This document shows, piece by piece, positions 1-11,754 of a stretch of 64,000 nt of DNA. The position numbers and the translations under genes were made by a program. The stretch's first letter is position 1; every line of letters begins with the position of its first letter. The stretch comes from Eledone cirrhosa (lineage: Eukaryota): contig OZ024741.1 in NCBI GenBank assembly GCA_964016885.1, positions 275,156,001-275,220,000 on the forward strand. Reading direction: 5' to 3'. A model generated the notes under the pieces. That model did no database searches. It saw nothing but the letters and a program-made list of their open reading frames with translations, and was not told where the DNA came from.

Positions 1-17
1 GATTTCTTCCAGAGAGA

Positions 18-81
<64 letters not shown>

Positions 82-82
<1 letters not shown>

Positions 83-229
83 TAGGGCGAGTAAAATTCC
101 CGAGATCCATGGACGAGTTCTCTCCAGCGGTCTCTGTCCCTCATTATCGCTGACATGTCCTCCGTCTCCAACAGACCAGTGTCAGTCCTTAGAGCATCAA
201 CATACGTTAACCTTGGTCTTCCTCTTCCA
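82..229 (-). mobile_element. RTE-clade LINE ORF 3' end fragment
   Basis: Translation GRGRPRLTYVDALRTDTG...MRDRDRWRELV is the typical RTE C-terminal GRPR...DR..W motif; ends in a (TA)n tract. Confidence 0.75.
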
Positions 230-279
230 GTGATTTCTCCCAAATGAAACAGTTCTAGTCCTGTAGAAGCCATTTCTAT
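224..279 (+). mobile_element. Degenerate/truncated family-A hammerhead element
   Basis: TGATTTCTCCCAAATGAAACAGTTCTAGTCCTGTAGAAGC matches 50009-50048; the 5' part of the core is replaced at the RTE junction. Confidence 0.7.
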
Positions 280-342
280 ATATATATATAGAGAGAGAAG
301 GGGGAGGGAGAAAGGGAACGTGAGAAAGAGATATAGCGGAAG

Positions 343-488
343 AGTTGACCTCAGTATTGGAATGGTACTTTTTATCGACCTCAAAATGATGAAAGGCAAA
401 GTTGACCTTGGTAGGATTTGAACTCAGAGCAGGACCAAATACCACAAAGCATTCTATCTAAAGCTCTAACGACTCTGCCAATTCACCG
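343..488 (-). mobile_element. tRNA-derived SINE (family 1), diverged
   Basis: Core GATGAAAGGCAAAGTTGACCTTGG...GGATTTGAACTCAG shared with 7111-7300. Confidence 0.8.
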
Positions 489-574
489 TCTCTTTGTATT
501 TATACAATTAATTTTCGTTTCCTCAATACTGTCCGGACAAAAACAAAAACAGCTTTGGTGAAATTAGGAAATCA

Positions 575-1260
575 GTCTCTTCTTCACCCACGTATTCCTG
601 AGAGGGTCGTGCGGGGCAGAGTCCTCAAACACTCATTCCAGCGGATCCTGTCAGAAGCAACCGTCTCCAACTGATCCGGCTGGATCCCCAAGCATGACCA
701 GCCAATCTCATGGATGTTATCCAACCATCTTGCTTGGGGTCTACCCCCTGGGCCTCCTGCCGGTTGGTTTTACCTGTAAAATCTGTCCAGCGATTCTTTC
801 CTGAGACATTCTTACCACATGTCCATAGTATCGGAACTGTGATCTCCCAATTTAGAGAAGTAGCGGGCTCTACCTTGAGTGACTATCTGATCTCCGAGCT
901 ATGTACTTTATCAAGTGACATCACACCAAAGACCCTTCGGAGGAACCCCATTTCGGCCGCTTGTATTCGCGATCGTATTCTTTCTGTCATTATCCAAGAT
1001 GTATAACCATAGGTAAGGGTAGGCACGAATACCGAACTGAAGATGGTGAGTTTGGCTTTACACCTACCTCTCTTCTGCCTCCCGAATGCTGAAGCTGGTG
1101 CATTACTGCACCATCTCCTGCAATTCTTGCACTTAATTCAGCCTCCTGCCTTACAACACTCGTGAACACAGCCTTGAGATATTTGAACTTCTCCACCTGC
1201 TTCAGTGGAACTCCGTTAGTATAGAGACATCGGGGCAGCAAGAAGCTGACCATCGATCAT
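575..1260 (-). mobile_element. RTE-clade LINE 3' fragment, frameshifted
   Basis: LKQVEKFKYL...ELSARI motif; homologous along its length to 44255-44960. Confidence 0.85.
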
Positions 1261-1639
1261 ACTCCTGCACAATCTTCCACGGCAGTTGAGATGTTATAGT
1301 GACCCCTATAAAATAGATTGCGAACTCCGAACTTTTTGTAGTAAAAAATATGGCCGCAATCCTCCTCCGCCTTTTACAATCAATTGTTGACCCACGGTCG
1401 GCTGAGTAACCCTGACCATCAGTGGGATTGGAACTCAGCACGCAAAGTGCCGCAATGCATAACCACAAGACGTCTCGTCTGACGCTCTAATAATTCTACT
1501 AATCAACTAACGTGGGCTGATACTTTGTTCTATTGACCTTGGAAGGATAAAAGACAAAGTTGACCCTGATGGGATTTGAATTGAGAGAAGGAGGACGGAA
1601 CGAATATAACAAGATATTGTCTCTGACTCCCTAAACATA

Positions 1640-1825
1640 TTGTTTCTACTTTTGGCACAAGGCCAGCAATTACCCCAGTGTATTACTGGTACTTTATTTT
1701 ATCGACCCCGTAAGGATGAAAGGCAAAGTTAACCTGGCGGGACTTGAACTCAGATCAGAAAGGGACGTAACTCTTTGCTGCAAAGCATGGCGTCAGACCC
1801 TCTAGCGATACTGCCAAACCACCGC
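1640..1825 (-). mobile_element. tRNA-derived SINE (family 1)
   Basis: Reverse complement of 7111-7300 including A/B-box-like head and TTGTTTCTACTTTTGGCACAAGGCCAGCAATT tail. Confidence 0.9.
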
Positions 1826-1912
1826 ATTGACTCCCTAAACGTATTGCTAACTCTATTGGACGTTTCAGCTCTTTCTTCGATTGAAATTGTTTTTATATAA
1901 TTAAAACACTCA

Positions 1913-1947
<35 letters not shown>

Positions 1948-2054
1948 ATTGGAATAGACATACATACAGACACATAGATAAATAGATTACTTTCTAGTTA
2001 GACACATAGATAAATATATTGATTGTGAGATAGGCAAATAGATAAATAAATAGG

Positions 2055-2137
<83 letters not shown>

Positions 2138-2247
2138 AAACAGGGGCTGTGTAAATTGCTGGATAAAGTGTAAATAAGAAGAAAATTTTCCTTTATCTGT
2201 TGTCTGCTGGGGGTCCTGGATATTTCTACACATTAAAGACTATATAT

Positions 2248-2279
<32 letters not shown>

Positions 2280-2537
2280 ATGTAGGAGGTGAGTTTTATT
2301 GTAGTACAATAAAGCAATGCAGATATCGGATAAGAAGCACTCTACAGTTTGTAGGACTGGAGTATACATATATATATATATATAGAAAAGGTATAAATCG
2401 AAGTTGTAGCTGCCATACAGCAGGTACTAATCGAATATATATATATGTGTGTATGTGTGTGTACATATATATGTGTGTGTATGTGTGTATGTATATATTT
2501 ATATGTGTATGTGTGTACATATATATGTGTATGTGTG

Positions 2538-2574
<37 letters not shown>

Positions 2575-2762
2575 AAATAAGACCGTTGATTGCCCTAATC
2601 CGTAAAGAAAACACTCAGAAAACACGGTAATCCTGCACTTGAAACTCCCGCTGATCCAACCCCGACCAGCATTCCCGATTTTTCAAACCAGCCATGAACC
2701 ACCCCAACCACTGGGGAAGACAGATGTCATCAAACTGCAGCCGCCATATTACGTAGTTTCTT

Positions 2763-2981
2763 AATACCGGTCGCTCTCCGACAGGTTCGCGGTCGTGTCC
2801 TTGGCAGTGGAGACTTCTGGTGTCCTTGGCCCTAGGGCTACCTCCCTATTCACCACCATAGGTGCTGAGCTGGCCAGACGCAAGTGTGAGCCTCACGAGT
2901 TGGAATGGTTCTTCCAGCGCATCTCGCTCACCATCCTCCCGGGAAACGCCTTCTCTATTCTGCCCGCCGGGGCTGTGGGGA
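2763..2981 (+). mobile_element. CRE-like non-LTR retrotransposon 3' end (RLE endonuclease C-terminal region)
   Basis: LAVETSGVLGP...FFQRISLTILPGNAFSIL resembles the AVET.G..G...QR.S....GNA motif of CRE-clade elements; second copy at 29596-29865. Confidence 0.75.
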
Positions 2982-3309
2982 AGTCACACTCGGGACCCCA
3001 TTTGCTCACCATACGGATTAAGACATATAGCCTATCTTTTTCTTTTATTTACTCTTTTACTGAATATATCTATTTCCATTTAGCTATCTATAAATCCTCA
3101 ATAAATGTAATGAAGATCTAAAAGAAAATATATATACTATTATTCGCTGAGTTTAGATATGTTTTTCCTCTTAACGCCTTATGGGATCGATAAAATCGAG
3201 TAGCATTAAGGCACTGGGGTCGATTTAATCGATTTTCCCCTCTTCCAAAATTGCTAGCCTTGTGCCTTTTATTTATTTCGTATTTTTCATTCTTTAACGT
3301 TATTTTCAT

Positions 3310-3420
3310 TGCAACTTCGCTTTTGTATTATTCCCGATAAAGGGCAAATGTCCGATACGTTGACTATGTAACTCATTCTTCTTTCTCCAAGCGTGAAACT
3401 AATACAGTTTATGTTTCTAC
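3310..3420 (+). mobile_element. Degenerate family-C hammerhead element
   Basis: CCGATAAAGGGCAAATGTCCGATACGTT and downstream CAAGCGTGAAACTAATA align to 25905-25970; core mutated. Confidence 0.55.
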
Positions 3421-3581
3421 ATCATCTTGTTTATATTTATATATATATATGAGAGAGAGAGAGGGGGTGGGGCAGGGGGATAAACAAACAAATAGATTGA
3501 TAGACAGATAGATATATAGATTGGCAGATAGTCTGAGAGCCAGCCATACATGGACATACGTATAGATGGAAATAAGTAGAG

Positions 3582-3658
3582 AGGTGAAATAGAAAGGGAT
3601 GAAGGACACAACATCCATTCTCCTCATCTCCTGTGGGAGACAGTAAAACTATTTAGTT
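3582..3658. repeat. 77-bp direct repeat, copy 1 (copy 2 at 5040-5116)
   Basis: AGGTGAAATAGAAA.GGATGAAGGACACAACATCCATT...CCTGTGGGAGACAGTAA.ACTATTTAGTT present twice, 1458 bp apart. Confidence 0.9.
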
Positions 3659-3837
3659 TTAATCTGTTTATAACCACACGGCCTCAGTGAGGGTGTGTCC
3701 GTGAAACATATACATATACACCAGGTCCGAACACAAAGGAACCAAATTCTCACCATCACTGTCTCTGTCTCTCCCACTGTCCCCGTCTCTCCCACTGTCC
3801 CCGTCTCTCACTATTATATGCAAGTGGGGGTTCACGC

Positions 3838-5005
3838 ACTGGCGGCCACAGCGGACAGAATAGAAAAGATGTTTCTCCGAAGGATCGTGTGAGAGACGTG
3901 CTGGCAGAGCCATTCCAGCTCGCAATCCTCACCCCTGCGGGTAGCCAACTCTGTGCCGATGGTAGTGAGTAGGGAGGTCGTCCTAGGGCCATACACCAGA
4001 AGTCTCCACTGCTACTCAGTGCTGATGGTAGTGTGTAGGGAGGTCGTCCTAGGGCCATACACCAGAAGTCTCCACTGCTACTCAGTGCCGATGGTAGTGT
4101 GTAGGGAGGTCGTCCTAGGGCCATACACCAGAAGTCTCCACTGCTACTCAGTGCTGATGGTAGTGTGTAGGGAGGTCGTCCTAGGGCCATACACCAGAAG
4201 TCTCCACTGCTACTCAGTGCTGATGGTAGTGTGTAGGGAGGTCGTCCTAGGGCCATACACCAGAAGTCTCCACTGCTACTCGGTGCCGATGGTAGTGTGT
4301 AGGGAGGTCGTCCTAGGGCCATACACCAGAAGTCTCCACTGCTACTCAGTGCCGATGGTAGTGTGTAGGGAGGTCGTCGTAGGGCCATACACCAGAAGTC
4401 TCCACTGCTACTCAGTGCTGATGGTAGTGTGTAGGGAGGTCGTCCTAGGGCCATACACCAGAAGTCTCCACTGCTACTCAGTGCTGATGGTAGTGTGTAG
4501 GGAGGTCGTCCTAGGGCCATACACCAGAAGTCTCCACTGCTACTCGGTGCCGATGGTAGTGTGTAGGGAGGTCGTCCTAGGGCCATACACCAGAAGTCTC
4601 CACTGCTACTCAGTGCCGATGGTAGTGTGTAGGGAGGTCGTCCTAGGGCCATACACCAGAAGTCTCCACTGCTACTCAGTGCTGATGGTAGTGTGTAGGG
4701 AGGTCGTCGTAGGGCCATACACCAGAAGTCTCCACTGCTACTCAGTGCTGATGGTAGTGTGTAGGGAGGTCGTCGTAGGGCCATACACCAGAAGTCTCCA
4801 CTGCTACTCAGTGCTGATGGTAGTGTGTAGGGAGGTCGTCGTAGGGCCATACACCAGAAGTCTCCACTGCTACTCAGTGCTGATGGTAGTGTGTAGGGAG
4901 GTCGTCCTAGGGCCATGGTCACCAGAACTCTCCACTTCTACGGGCTCAACCGCAAACCTGTCGGAGAGTGACCGATATTTCGAGTTTACCCTTCTCGGTC
5001 CGAAG
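3838..5005 (-). mobile_element. CRE-like fragment with internal tandem amplification
   Basis: Flanks 3838-3952 and 4916-5005 are reverse-complement homologues of 2763-2981. Confidence 0.75.
3953..4915. repeat. 66-bp minisatellite, about 14.6 near-identical copies
   Basis: Unit GTGCTGATGGTAGTGTGTAGGGAGGTCGTCCTAGGGCCATACACCAGAAGTCTCCACTGCTACTCA at 3953, 4019, 4085... Confidence 0.98.
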
Positions 5006-5039
5006 TTCAACAAAGCCTGATGTTTACAGTAAAAGTTTC

Positions 5040-5116
5040 AGGTGAAATAGAAATGGATGAAGGACACAACATCCATTTTCTTTATGTCCTGTGGGAGACA
5101 GTAAGACTATTTAGTT
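5040..5116. repeat. 77-bp direct repeat, copy 2
   Basis: See 3582-3658. Confidence 0.9.
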
Positions 5117-5223
5117 GGAGTTTACAGTGAAAAGTTCAAACTTACCTAGTGTATGATAAATTGATATATACTCTATACACTACATATCTATTATTAAGTG
5201 CTTTCTATCGCATCTGTCTATAG

Positions 5224-5299
<76 letters not shown>

Positions 5300-5301
<2 letters not shown>

Positions 5302-5488
5302 CGAAGGAAATGTGGTAAGGAACCAGGTGGACCATAACGCACCAAAGTACTCAATACTTAGGGTAGTAGAGTGGGTAATAGGAACAAGTAAGACCCCGAC
5401 GGCTGAGCTCAAGCCGTTTCGACGGCTAATTCAGTCCAGAATTAGCCGTCGAAACGGCTTGAGCTCAGCCGTCGGGGTCTTACTTGTT

Positions 5489-5493
<5 letters not shown>
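5300..5493. mobile_element. Family-B inverted-repeat element (hammerhead 3' half on both strands) within (TA)n
   Basis: Perfect 55-bp arms 5378-5432/5439-5493; each arm reads GAAA-CGGC-TTGAGCTCA-GCCG-TC; relatives at 13379, 13877, 26476, 26715, 49175, 52735. Confidence 0.8.
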
Positions 5494-5565
<72 letters not shown>

Positions 5566-5627
5566 TACACATTAGAGAGAGCCAGAGATAAATATGTATA
5601 CTTACAAATATGTACATGCATACACAT

Positions 5628-5674
<47 letters not shown>

Positions 5675-6248
5675 CATGCATACACACACACATATTTATA
5701 ATAATACATACATGTATATACGCGCACATATATAGATGTATATATACACACACACACATATATATGTGTGCGTGTGTGTGTGTGTGATATATATACACTT
5801 CAAATTATATCAATAAACGCTAATCCGTATATATAATGTGTTTGTATATAAATTATATACACAAACATATATACACATATGCACACACACCAACACATAT
5901 ACACACACATACTACTAGTGTATGATTGATAAGTTGGCAATGTCCAGTTGCCATGGCACCCAATGACCTCGTCTCTTTTTTACCTCGTCCCCCCTCCTTC
6001 TTAACCTTCATCACTGACCCCTTTCAAGCCAGTCTACCACTTACAAATGACCCCTATATAAGAGGAGGGTTGCCTTTCACCATTTTTACATTAGCCTCTA
6101 TATATTAACTGTGTGAAGAGGTAGTGGTGACGATGATGGCGGTGGTGTTGGTGGTGGTGGTGGTGGTGACGATGATGGCGGTGGTGGTGTTGGTGGTGGT
6201 GTAGGGATTGACAGAGATGGATAGCATGTAGACAGGCATGTAGACGAA

Positions 6249-6348
6249 TATATATATGTGTGTGTGTGTGTGTATACACGCACACAAATGCATGCGCTTA
6301 TTTTCCTTGATCTGTTCGGAAACTCTTGACACTATATGTGTGTGTGTA

Positions 6349-6399
<51 letters not shown>

Positions 6400-6581
6400 G
6401 CAGAAAAAGAGTATCTCTCTCTCTCTATATATATATATTCTCTCTCTCTCTCTCTCTCTACATATATATATAGAGAGAGAGATACTCTTTTTCTGTATAT
6501 ATATATACATACATACACACACATAGTGTCAAGAGTTTCCGAACAGATCAAGGAAAATAAGCGCATGCATTTGTGTGCGTG

Positions 6582-6635
<54 letters not shown>
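6249..6635. repeat. Local inverted duplication (fold-back) embedded in microsatellites
   Basis: 6272-6335 is the reverse complement of 6521-6586; 6400-6425 is the reverse complement of 6473-6498. Confidence 0.9.
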
Positions 6636-6665
<30 letters not shown>

Positions 6666-6674
6666 AGGAACGAA

Positions 6675-6795
6675 AATTGCCAGCTGAGATGGCTGGAGTA
6701 ATATGAAATAAAATATCTTGCTCAATGAATCGAACTTACGACCTCACGATGGTGAGGCGAACATCCTAACTACGAACCAGTAAGCCACGCGCCTG
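6675..6795 (-). mobile_element. SINE family 2 fragment (tRNA head, CORE-like)
   Basis: Similar to 22020-22145 (TCTTGCTCAA..., AAGCCACGCGCCT). Confidence 0.6.
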
Positions 6796-7110
6796 TGCCC
6801 GTATATAAAATATATTGGGGTCGTTAAGACGTACAAAATGCTAATAAAGAAGAGTGATGTCATAATCGTAAACATCACATCTAATTTAGTTGAGAGTGTC
6901 ACACACGTTTGCCAAACCATCGGATACGACTGTCTAGCTTCCTCTGCATTCATTGTCGTTTTATCGTTTTATTCTCACTTTTTCATTGGTTCTTTTCCTT
7001 TCCTTTCAGTTTCATTGTATTGTTGCTCTGCCGTCCTCCGGGAAAACACCCTCTCTATTCTGTCCGCCGGGGGCTGTGGGGGGACAAGCCCATTATTACG
7101 AATTCTGTAA

Positions 7111-7300
7111 GGCGGTGGATTGGCAGTATCGGTAGAGGGTCGGACGCCATGCTTTGCAGCAAAGAGTTACGGCCTTTTATGATCTGAGTTCAAATCCCTC
7201 CGAGGTTAACTTTGCCTTTCGTCCTTACGGGGTCGATAAAATAAAGTACCCGTAATGTACTGGGTAATTGCTGGCCTTGTGCCTAACGTGGAAACAATTA
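7111..7300 (+). mobile_element. tRNA-derived SINE (family 1), full length
   Basis: A-box-like TGGCAGTATCGG, B-box GAGTTCAAATCC, core GAGGTTAACTTTGCCTTTC.TCCTTACGGGGTCGATAAAATAAAGTACC; about 14 copies in window. Confidence 0.9.
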
Positions 7301-7483
7301 TTACGAATTCTGTTGAATAGTCTTGTATTTATATAGATGTGAATGTATTTATCATTTTAAAAAATCATTGTGATTTTCGTATGATTTTTGCTGTAATAAC
7401 TAATAATAGCCAGTCACAATTCTTTTATATCATAGTTTGTCGTATTTAAAAAGAGGAAGTAAATATTAAAATATTAATACCTA

Positions 7484-7899
7484 CGAGCTGGACCCGTGAA
7501 AAAATTCACGGATAATCCCCTCTCTCTAAATATATTAAACCCCCCTCTCTCTATATATAAATCCATCCCTTTCTCTATATATTAAAACCACCCTCTCTAT
7601 ATATTATAACACCCCTCTCTCTATATAGTATAACCCCCTCTCTATTCTCTCTATATATAATAACCCATCTCTTTCTCTATATTATAACCCCCCCCCCCCC
7701 TCACTCTCTCTCCTTTCCAAACGTTGCAACGCTCTTTGATTTTTTTCGCCTTAGATTTTCGTAGATTGTTTACCACCCAACTTCCATTGTTTTAGCACGT
7801 CTCACAAACGTCATTCGACGACTTTTATTTATATTACTGAAAGCGTGATACACACGGTCGGACGTACGGTACGTAGGTATAGGCGTATTAATATATAGA
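7484..7899 (-). mobile_element. Non-autonomous Helitron-like element
   Basis: Minus strand starts A|TCTATATATTAATA and ends in hairpin CCGTGAA-TTTT-TTCACGG followed by CTCG|T (variant of CTAG); internal CT-rich tandem repeats. Confidence 0.6.
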
Positions 7900-8210
7900 T
7901 ATGTAGAACCCCACTTCATATTAATTGTAATCATTTCCAAGGATAATATCAGACAACATATTCAAAACAAAAGTACCTTTGTAAAACATAAAACAAAAGT
8001 ACTAGTCATTGTTCTCTACGTCTACAATGAATTTGGCAGAGTCGTTAGCAAGTGCCTTGTTTCAGGGGGGGGGGGGGGGGGGCAGGGGACTAGTCCCTCC
8101 CACCTTTTCAAACGTCTATATTTTATTTTTTGTTTATTTGATATAATAAATTATATATCTAAACTTCATTTGAATATATAAAATTTAATTAGCGTAAAAT
8201 TTTACTAATG

Positions 8211-8410
8211 NNNNNNNNNNNNNNNNNNNNNNNNNNNNNNNNNNNNNNNNNNNNNNNNNNNNNNNNNNNNNNNNNNNNNNNNNNNNNNNNNNNNNNNNNN
8301 NNNNNNNNNNNNNNNNNNNNNNNNNNNNNNNNNNNNNNNNNNNNNNNNNNNNNNNNNNNNNNNNNNNNNNNNNNNNNNNNNNNNNNNNNNNNNNNNNNNN
8401 NNNNNNNNNN
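8211..8410. other. Assembly gap (200 N)
   Basis: Run of N. Confidence 1.
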
Positions 8411-8514
8411 TGCGTTGGGGGAGATGTAGACCACATTAGGGACCACTGCGCTAGACCCCTGTATAATAAGCAACTTGTATTTTATTAAATCATTATTTTG
8501 TGTATTTTTTTTTT

Positions 8515-8797
8515 AGTTCAAATCCCGCCGAGGTTAGCTTTGCCTTTCATCCTTACGGGGTCAATAAAATAAAGTACCAGTAACGTACTGTGGTCCGTTT
8601 AATCGACCCCCCCCCCCCGAAAAATGTTGGCCTTGTGTCAAAGAACATGCTTTGCGGCATTGAGTTATCGCCCTTTACGTTCTGAGTTCAAATATTGCCC
8701 AGGTTAACTTTGCCTTTCATCCTTACGGGGTCGATAAAATAAAGTACCAGTAATGCACTGGTTAATTGCTAGCCTTGTGCCAAAAGTAGAAACAATC
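8515..8797 (+). mobile_element. Two tandem 5'-truncated family-1 SINEs
   Basis: Core TTTGCCTTTCATCCTTACGGGGTC.ATAAAATAAAGTACCAG occurs twice. Confidence 0.85.
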
Positions 8798-9061
8798 ATT
8801 TTATGTATTTTTCTTTCCTTATACATATGTCAGGTGTGAACCCAAAGGTTCGATCGAACAACTTGGTAGTCCTATCCACCCCTGGTCCATGATTGTCCTA
8901 TCCACCCCTGGTCCAGAAAAGAGGTCTCAATGACACCTCTTGTTTAGTTTTTGGTAATAGAAAAGGTTTATCTTTGAAGATTCTCTGAATGTTTGTTTCA
9001 ACAGTTGTCAAATTAAATATAATTTTCCATTGTTAATTTACTTATCAAAACAATATATATA

Positions 9062-9178
<117 letters not shown>

Positions 9179-9541
9179 CTATGTAATATATATATATAGT
9201 TTTCTGTCATTCAGTACATGAAAAAAAAATCGTCAGTTTTATTTTGTACTGTTTGTTGTGTTTGGTAGTTAAAGTTTATTGAGTGCAAAATAATTGTTAA
9301 TTTACTCACATAAACACACGTGTGAACCAGTGGCCTGTTACCATACTCTCCCCTTTTCTGTCTCTCCATTCCTCACTCTCTCTTTCTCTCTCTCTCTCTC
9401 TATATATATATACATATATATAATTTCCCCCAAAATGGCTGGCTGAACACACGCATTCTTATTCTAAAAAAAAAAAATGTTTTTCCTTTCCTTCCTCTTC
9501 TCACTCTATCTTTTCTATTTCCTCTTTTATTTCTCATTCTA

Positions 9542-9575
9542 TCTTCGGATGAAGGACTAATGTCCGAAACGTTAA
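9542..9575 (+). ncRNA. Family-C minimal hammerhead motif, U4>G core variant
   Basis: CGGATGA-A-GGAC-TAAT-GTCC-GAAA-CG-TT; within a repeat (9525-9655) homologous to 25885-26030. Confidence 0.6.
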
Positions 9576-9773
9576 AACTCTTTTCCTACTGAATCAAGTG
9601 TTAAACTAACATATTTCTTCGTTGTACCGTGTTGTTGTTTCCGTTTACTTTTCACACACATACACACGAGAATATATATATATGTATGTAAAAGGTAAAC
9701 AGAAATAACAACACAATCTGTACAGTATGTGGAAGGGATATATTACGTTAACGCTTGATATAGCAGGAAGAGG

Positions 9774-9827
<54 letters not shown>

Positions 9828-9888
9828 AAAAGAAATCGAAAATGTAACTGGTGTCTTTTATGTAATTGGAGAATATTTATTTGTTTCG

Positions 9889-9922
9889 TTTACCGGTTTC
9901 ACAGTTCTTCTGCTTTTCAAAA
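9889..9922 (-). ncRNA. Degenerate hammerhead-like motif
   Basis: Minus: TTGAAAA-GCAG-AAGAA-CTGT-GAAA-CCGG-TA; palindromic loop 3 but two core mismatches. Confidence 0.35.
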
Positions 9923-10532
9923 GTAGAATTGAGATGGAGGGTTTGTGGTTTTTATCGCATCGTGCTGGTGTTCGAATGTTACGTCTGTTTTATGTGGGAA
10001 AAGTGGCTAGAATCGGTAATGTTTTAAAAAATTAATTTGGTTGGTTGATGACTGTTACGTGAATAAGTATCATAAATTTCGCGCCAAGTTCTCGTTACAA
10101 TATATATGTGTATATGTATGTGTATATATATATGTATATATATGTATGTGTATGTGTATATATATATGTATATATATGTATGTATATATATATATACGTA
10201 TATATGTATACATATATTTATATATATATATATATATACACATATATATATATATATATATATAAATATAATTTCAGCGATTCGAATTTCGGCAGTGGCC
10301 AAAAACAAAGTGAAACGCAATTTTCGAGATATGCGGCAAGCGCTCAATGGACTAAAAGAAGACCAGAGCAATAAACATAGGTTATAGAGGTCAAACAAAC
10401 TGAAAATGGCGGTCATGAAGCCAATAGCCACCGAAGCCAAAAAAAAAACAAAAAAAAAACGAAGCAAGCTAAACAAGTTAAATGAAAGATATATATTTAT
10501 TTGTTTTTCCTTTTCCGTACAACTTCATTTAG

Positions 10533-10575
10533 ACCGAGCTGATGATCCGAATAAGGTGAAACAGTTGTTCTCGGT
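10533..10575 (+). ncRNA. Type I minimal hammerhead ribozyme motif
   Basis: ACCGAG-CTGATGA-TCC-GAATAA-GGT-GAAA-CAGTTG-TT-CTCGGT: 6-bp stem I, intact core, near-palindromic stem III. Confidence 0.8.
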
Positions 10576-10599
10576 ATGGTGAACTAACTGTTGTGGAAC

Positions 10600-10637
<38 letters not shown>

Positions 10638-10640
<3 letters not shown>

Positions 10641-10686
10641 TCTAAATAGCTTGCCAAGTCATTGACTTGGCAAGCTATTTAGAACA
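10638..10686. repeat. Perfect 24-bp inverted repeat with 1-nt spacer
   Basis: TGTTCTAAATAGCTTGCCAAGTCA-T-TGACTTGGCAAGCTATTTAGAACA. Confidence 0.95.
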
Positions 10687-10707
10687 CTGGTTTGAGAACT
10701 TTACTTC

Positions 10708-10742
10708 CCTCTGAAGAAGAGATATTATCTCGAAAATTAAGG
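10708..10742 (+). ncRNA. Type I minimal hammerhead motif (extra A after A9)
   Basis: CCT-CTGAAGA-A-GAGAT-ATT-ATCTC-GAAA-AT-TA-AGG; palindromic AATT stem III could only pair as a dimer. Confidence 0.65.
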
Positions 10743-10856
10743 ACATTTAAATAAATCTAAGGTAAAAGACTAATTGTCAACAATATCTTTTGCATTTGCA
10801 TTCTTTATTCTATGTCCATACCTGCATTGTTTTGGCTTTATTATACATATACAAAC

Positions 10857-11028
<172 letters not shown>

Positions 11029-11029
11029 G

Positions 11030-11078
<49 letters not shown>

Positions 11079-11197
11079 GTATATATATATGTATATATAT
11101 ATGTATGTATATATATATGTGTGTATATATATATATATGTATATATATGTATATATATATATATATGTATATATATGTATATGTGTATATATATATA

Positions 11198-11276
<79 letters not shown>

Positions 11277-11283
11277 GTATATA

Positions 11284-11422
<139 letters not shown>

Positions 11423-11439
11423 GTATATGTATATATATA

Positions 11440-11754
11440 TGCGACCCAACAGAAATGGAAAGACACATCCAACACTTCATCAACCGCATGCAGTTCTCTG
11501 GCTACAACCAAAGAGACAGAGTCAGAGTATACGAAGGAGCCATGGAGAAGTATAAGACCCTCATAGAACTGGACAGGAAAGGAATTTGCCCATTATACAG
11601 GAGCAAATCGTGGAATAGCTTAGATAGGGCTGGACATAAGATAGGGAAAGCCACCTCATGGTACGACAACCAGAGATACCAGAGCGTCATGTTTGTGGAC
11701 GCTACCCCTGGAGGGAAATTAGCTAACCAGTGTAGAAAGGCCCTGAGAAAGACC
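11440..11754 (+). mobile_element. Penelope-like element (Neptune-type) ORF fragment, RT thumb/linker region
   Basis: RMQFSGY...PLYR..SW...K...WY...[13 protein letters not shown] resembles the region between RT and GIY-YIG in Neptune-clade PLEs (recognised from memory); 105 open codons abutting (TA)n. Confidence 0.75.

Noticed and set aside
1852-1885. Minus-strand CGAAGA...GAAACGTC-CAATAG
   Set aside because: Possibly a PLE hammerhead remnant, but stems I and II cannot be formed
3756-5020. 388-aa and 355-aa repetitive ORFs
   Set aside because: Result of a 66-bp (3n) unit; neither ORF reproduces the CRE AVETSG peptide
7111-7200. tRNA-like A/B boxes (also 25172, 63690)
   Set aside because: No complete cloverleaf; heads of multi-copy SINEs
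8185-8473. ORFs spanning the N run
   Set aside because: Assembly gap artefact
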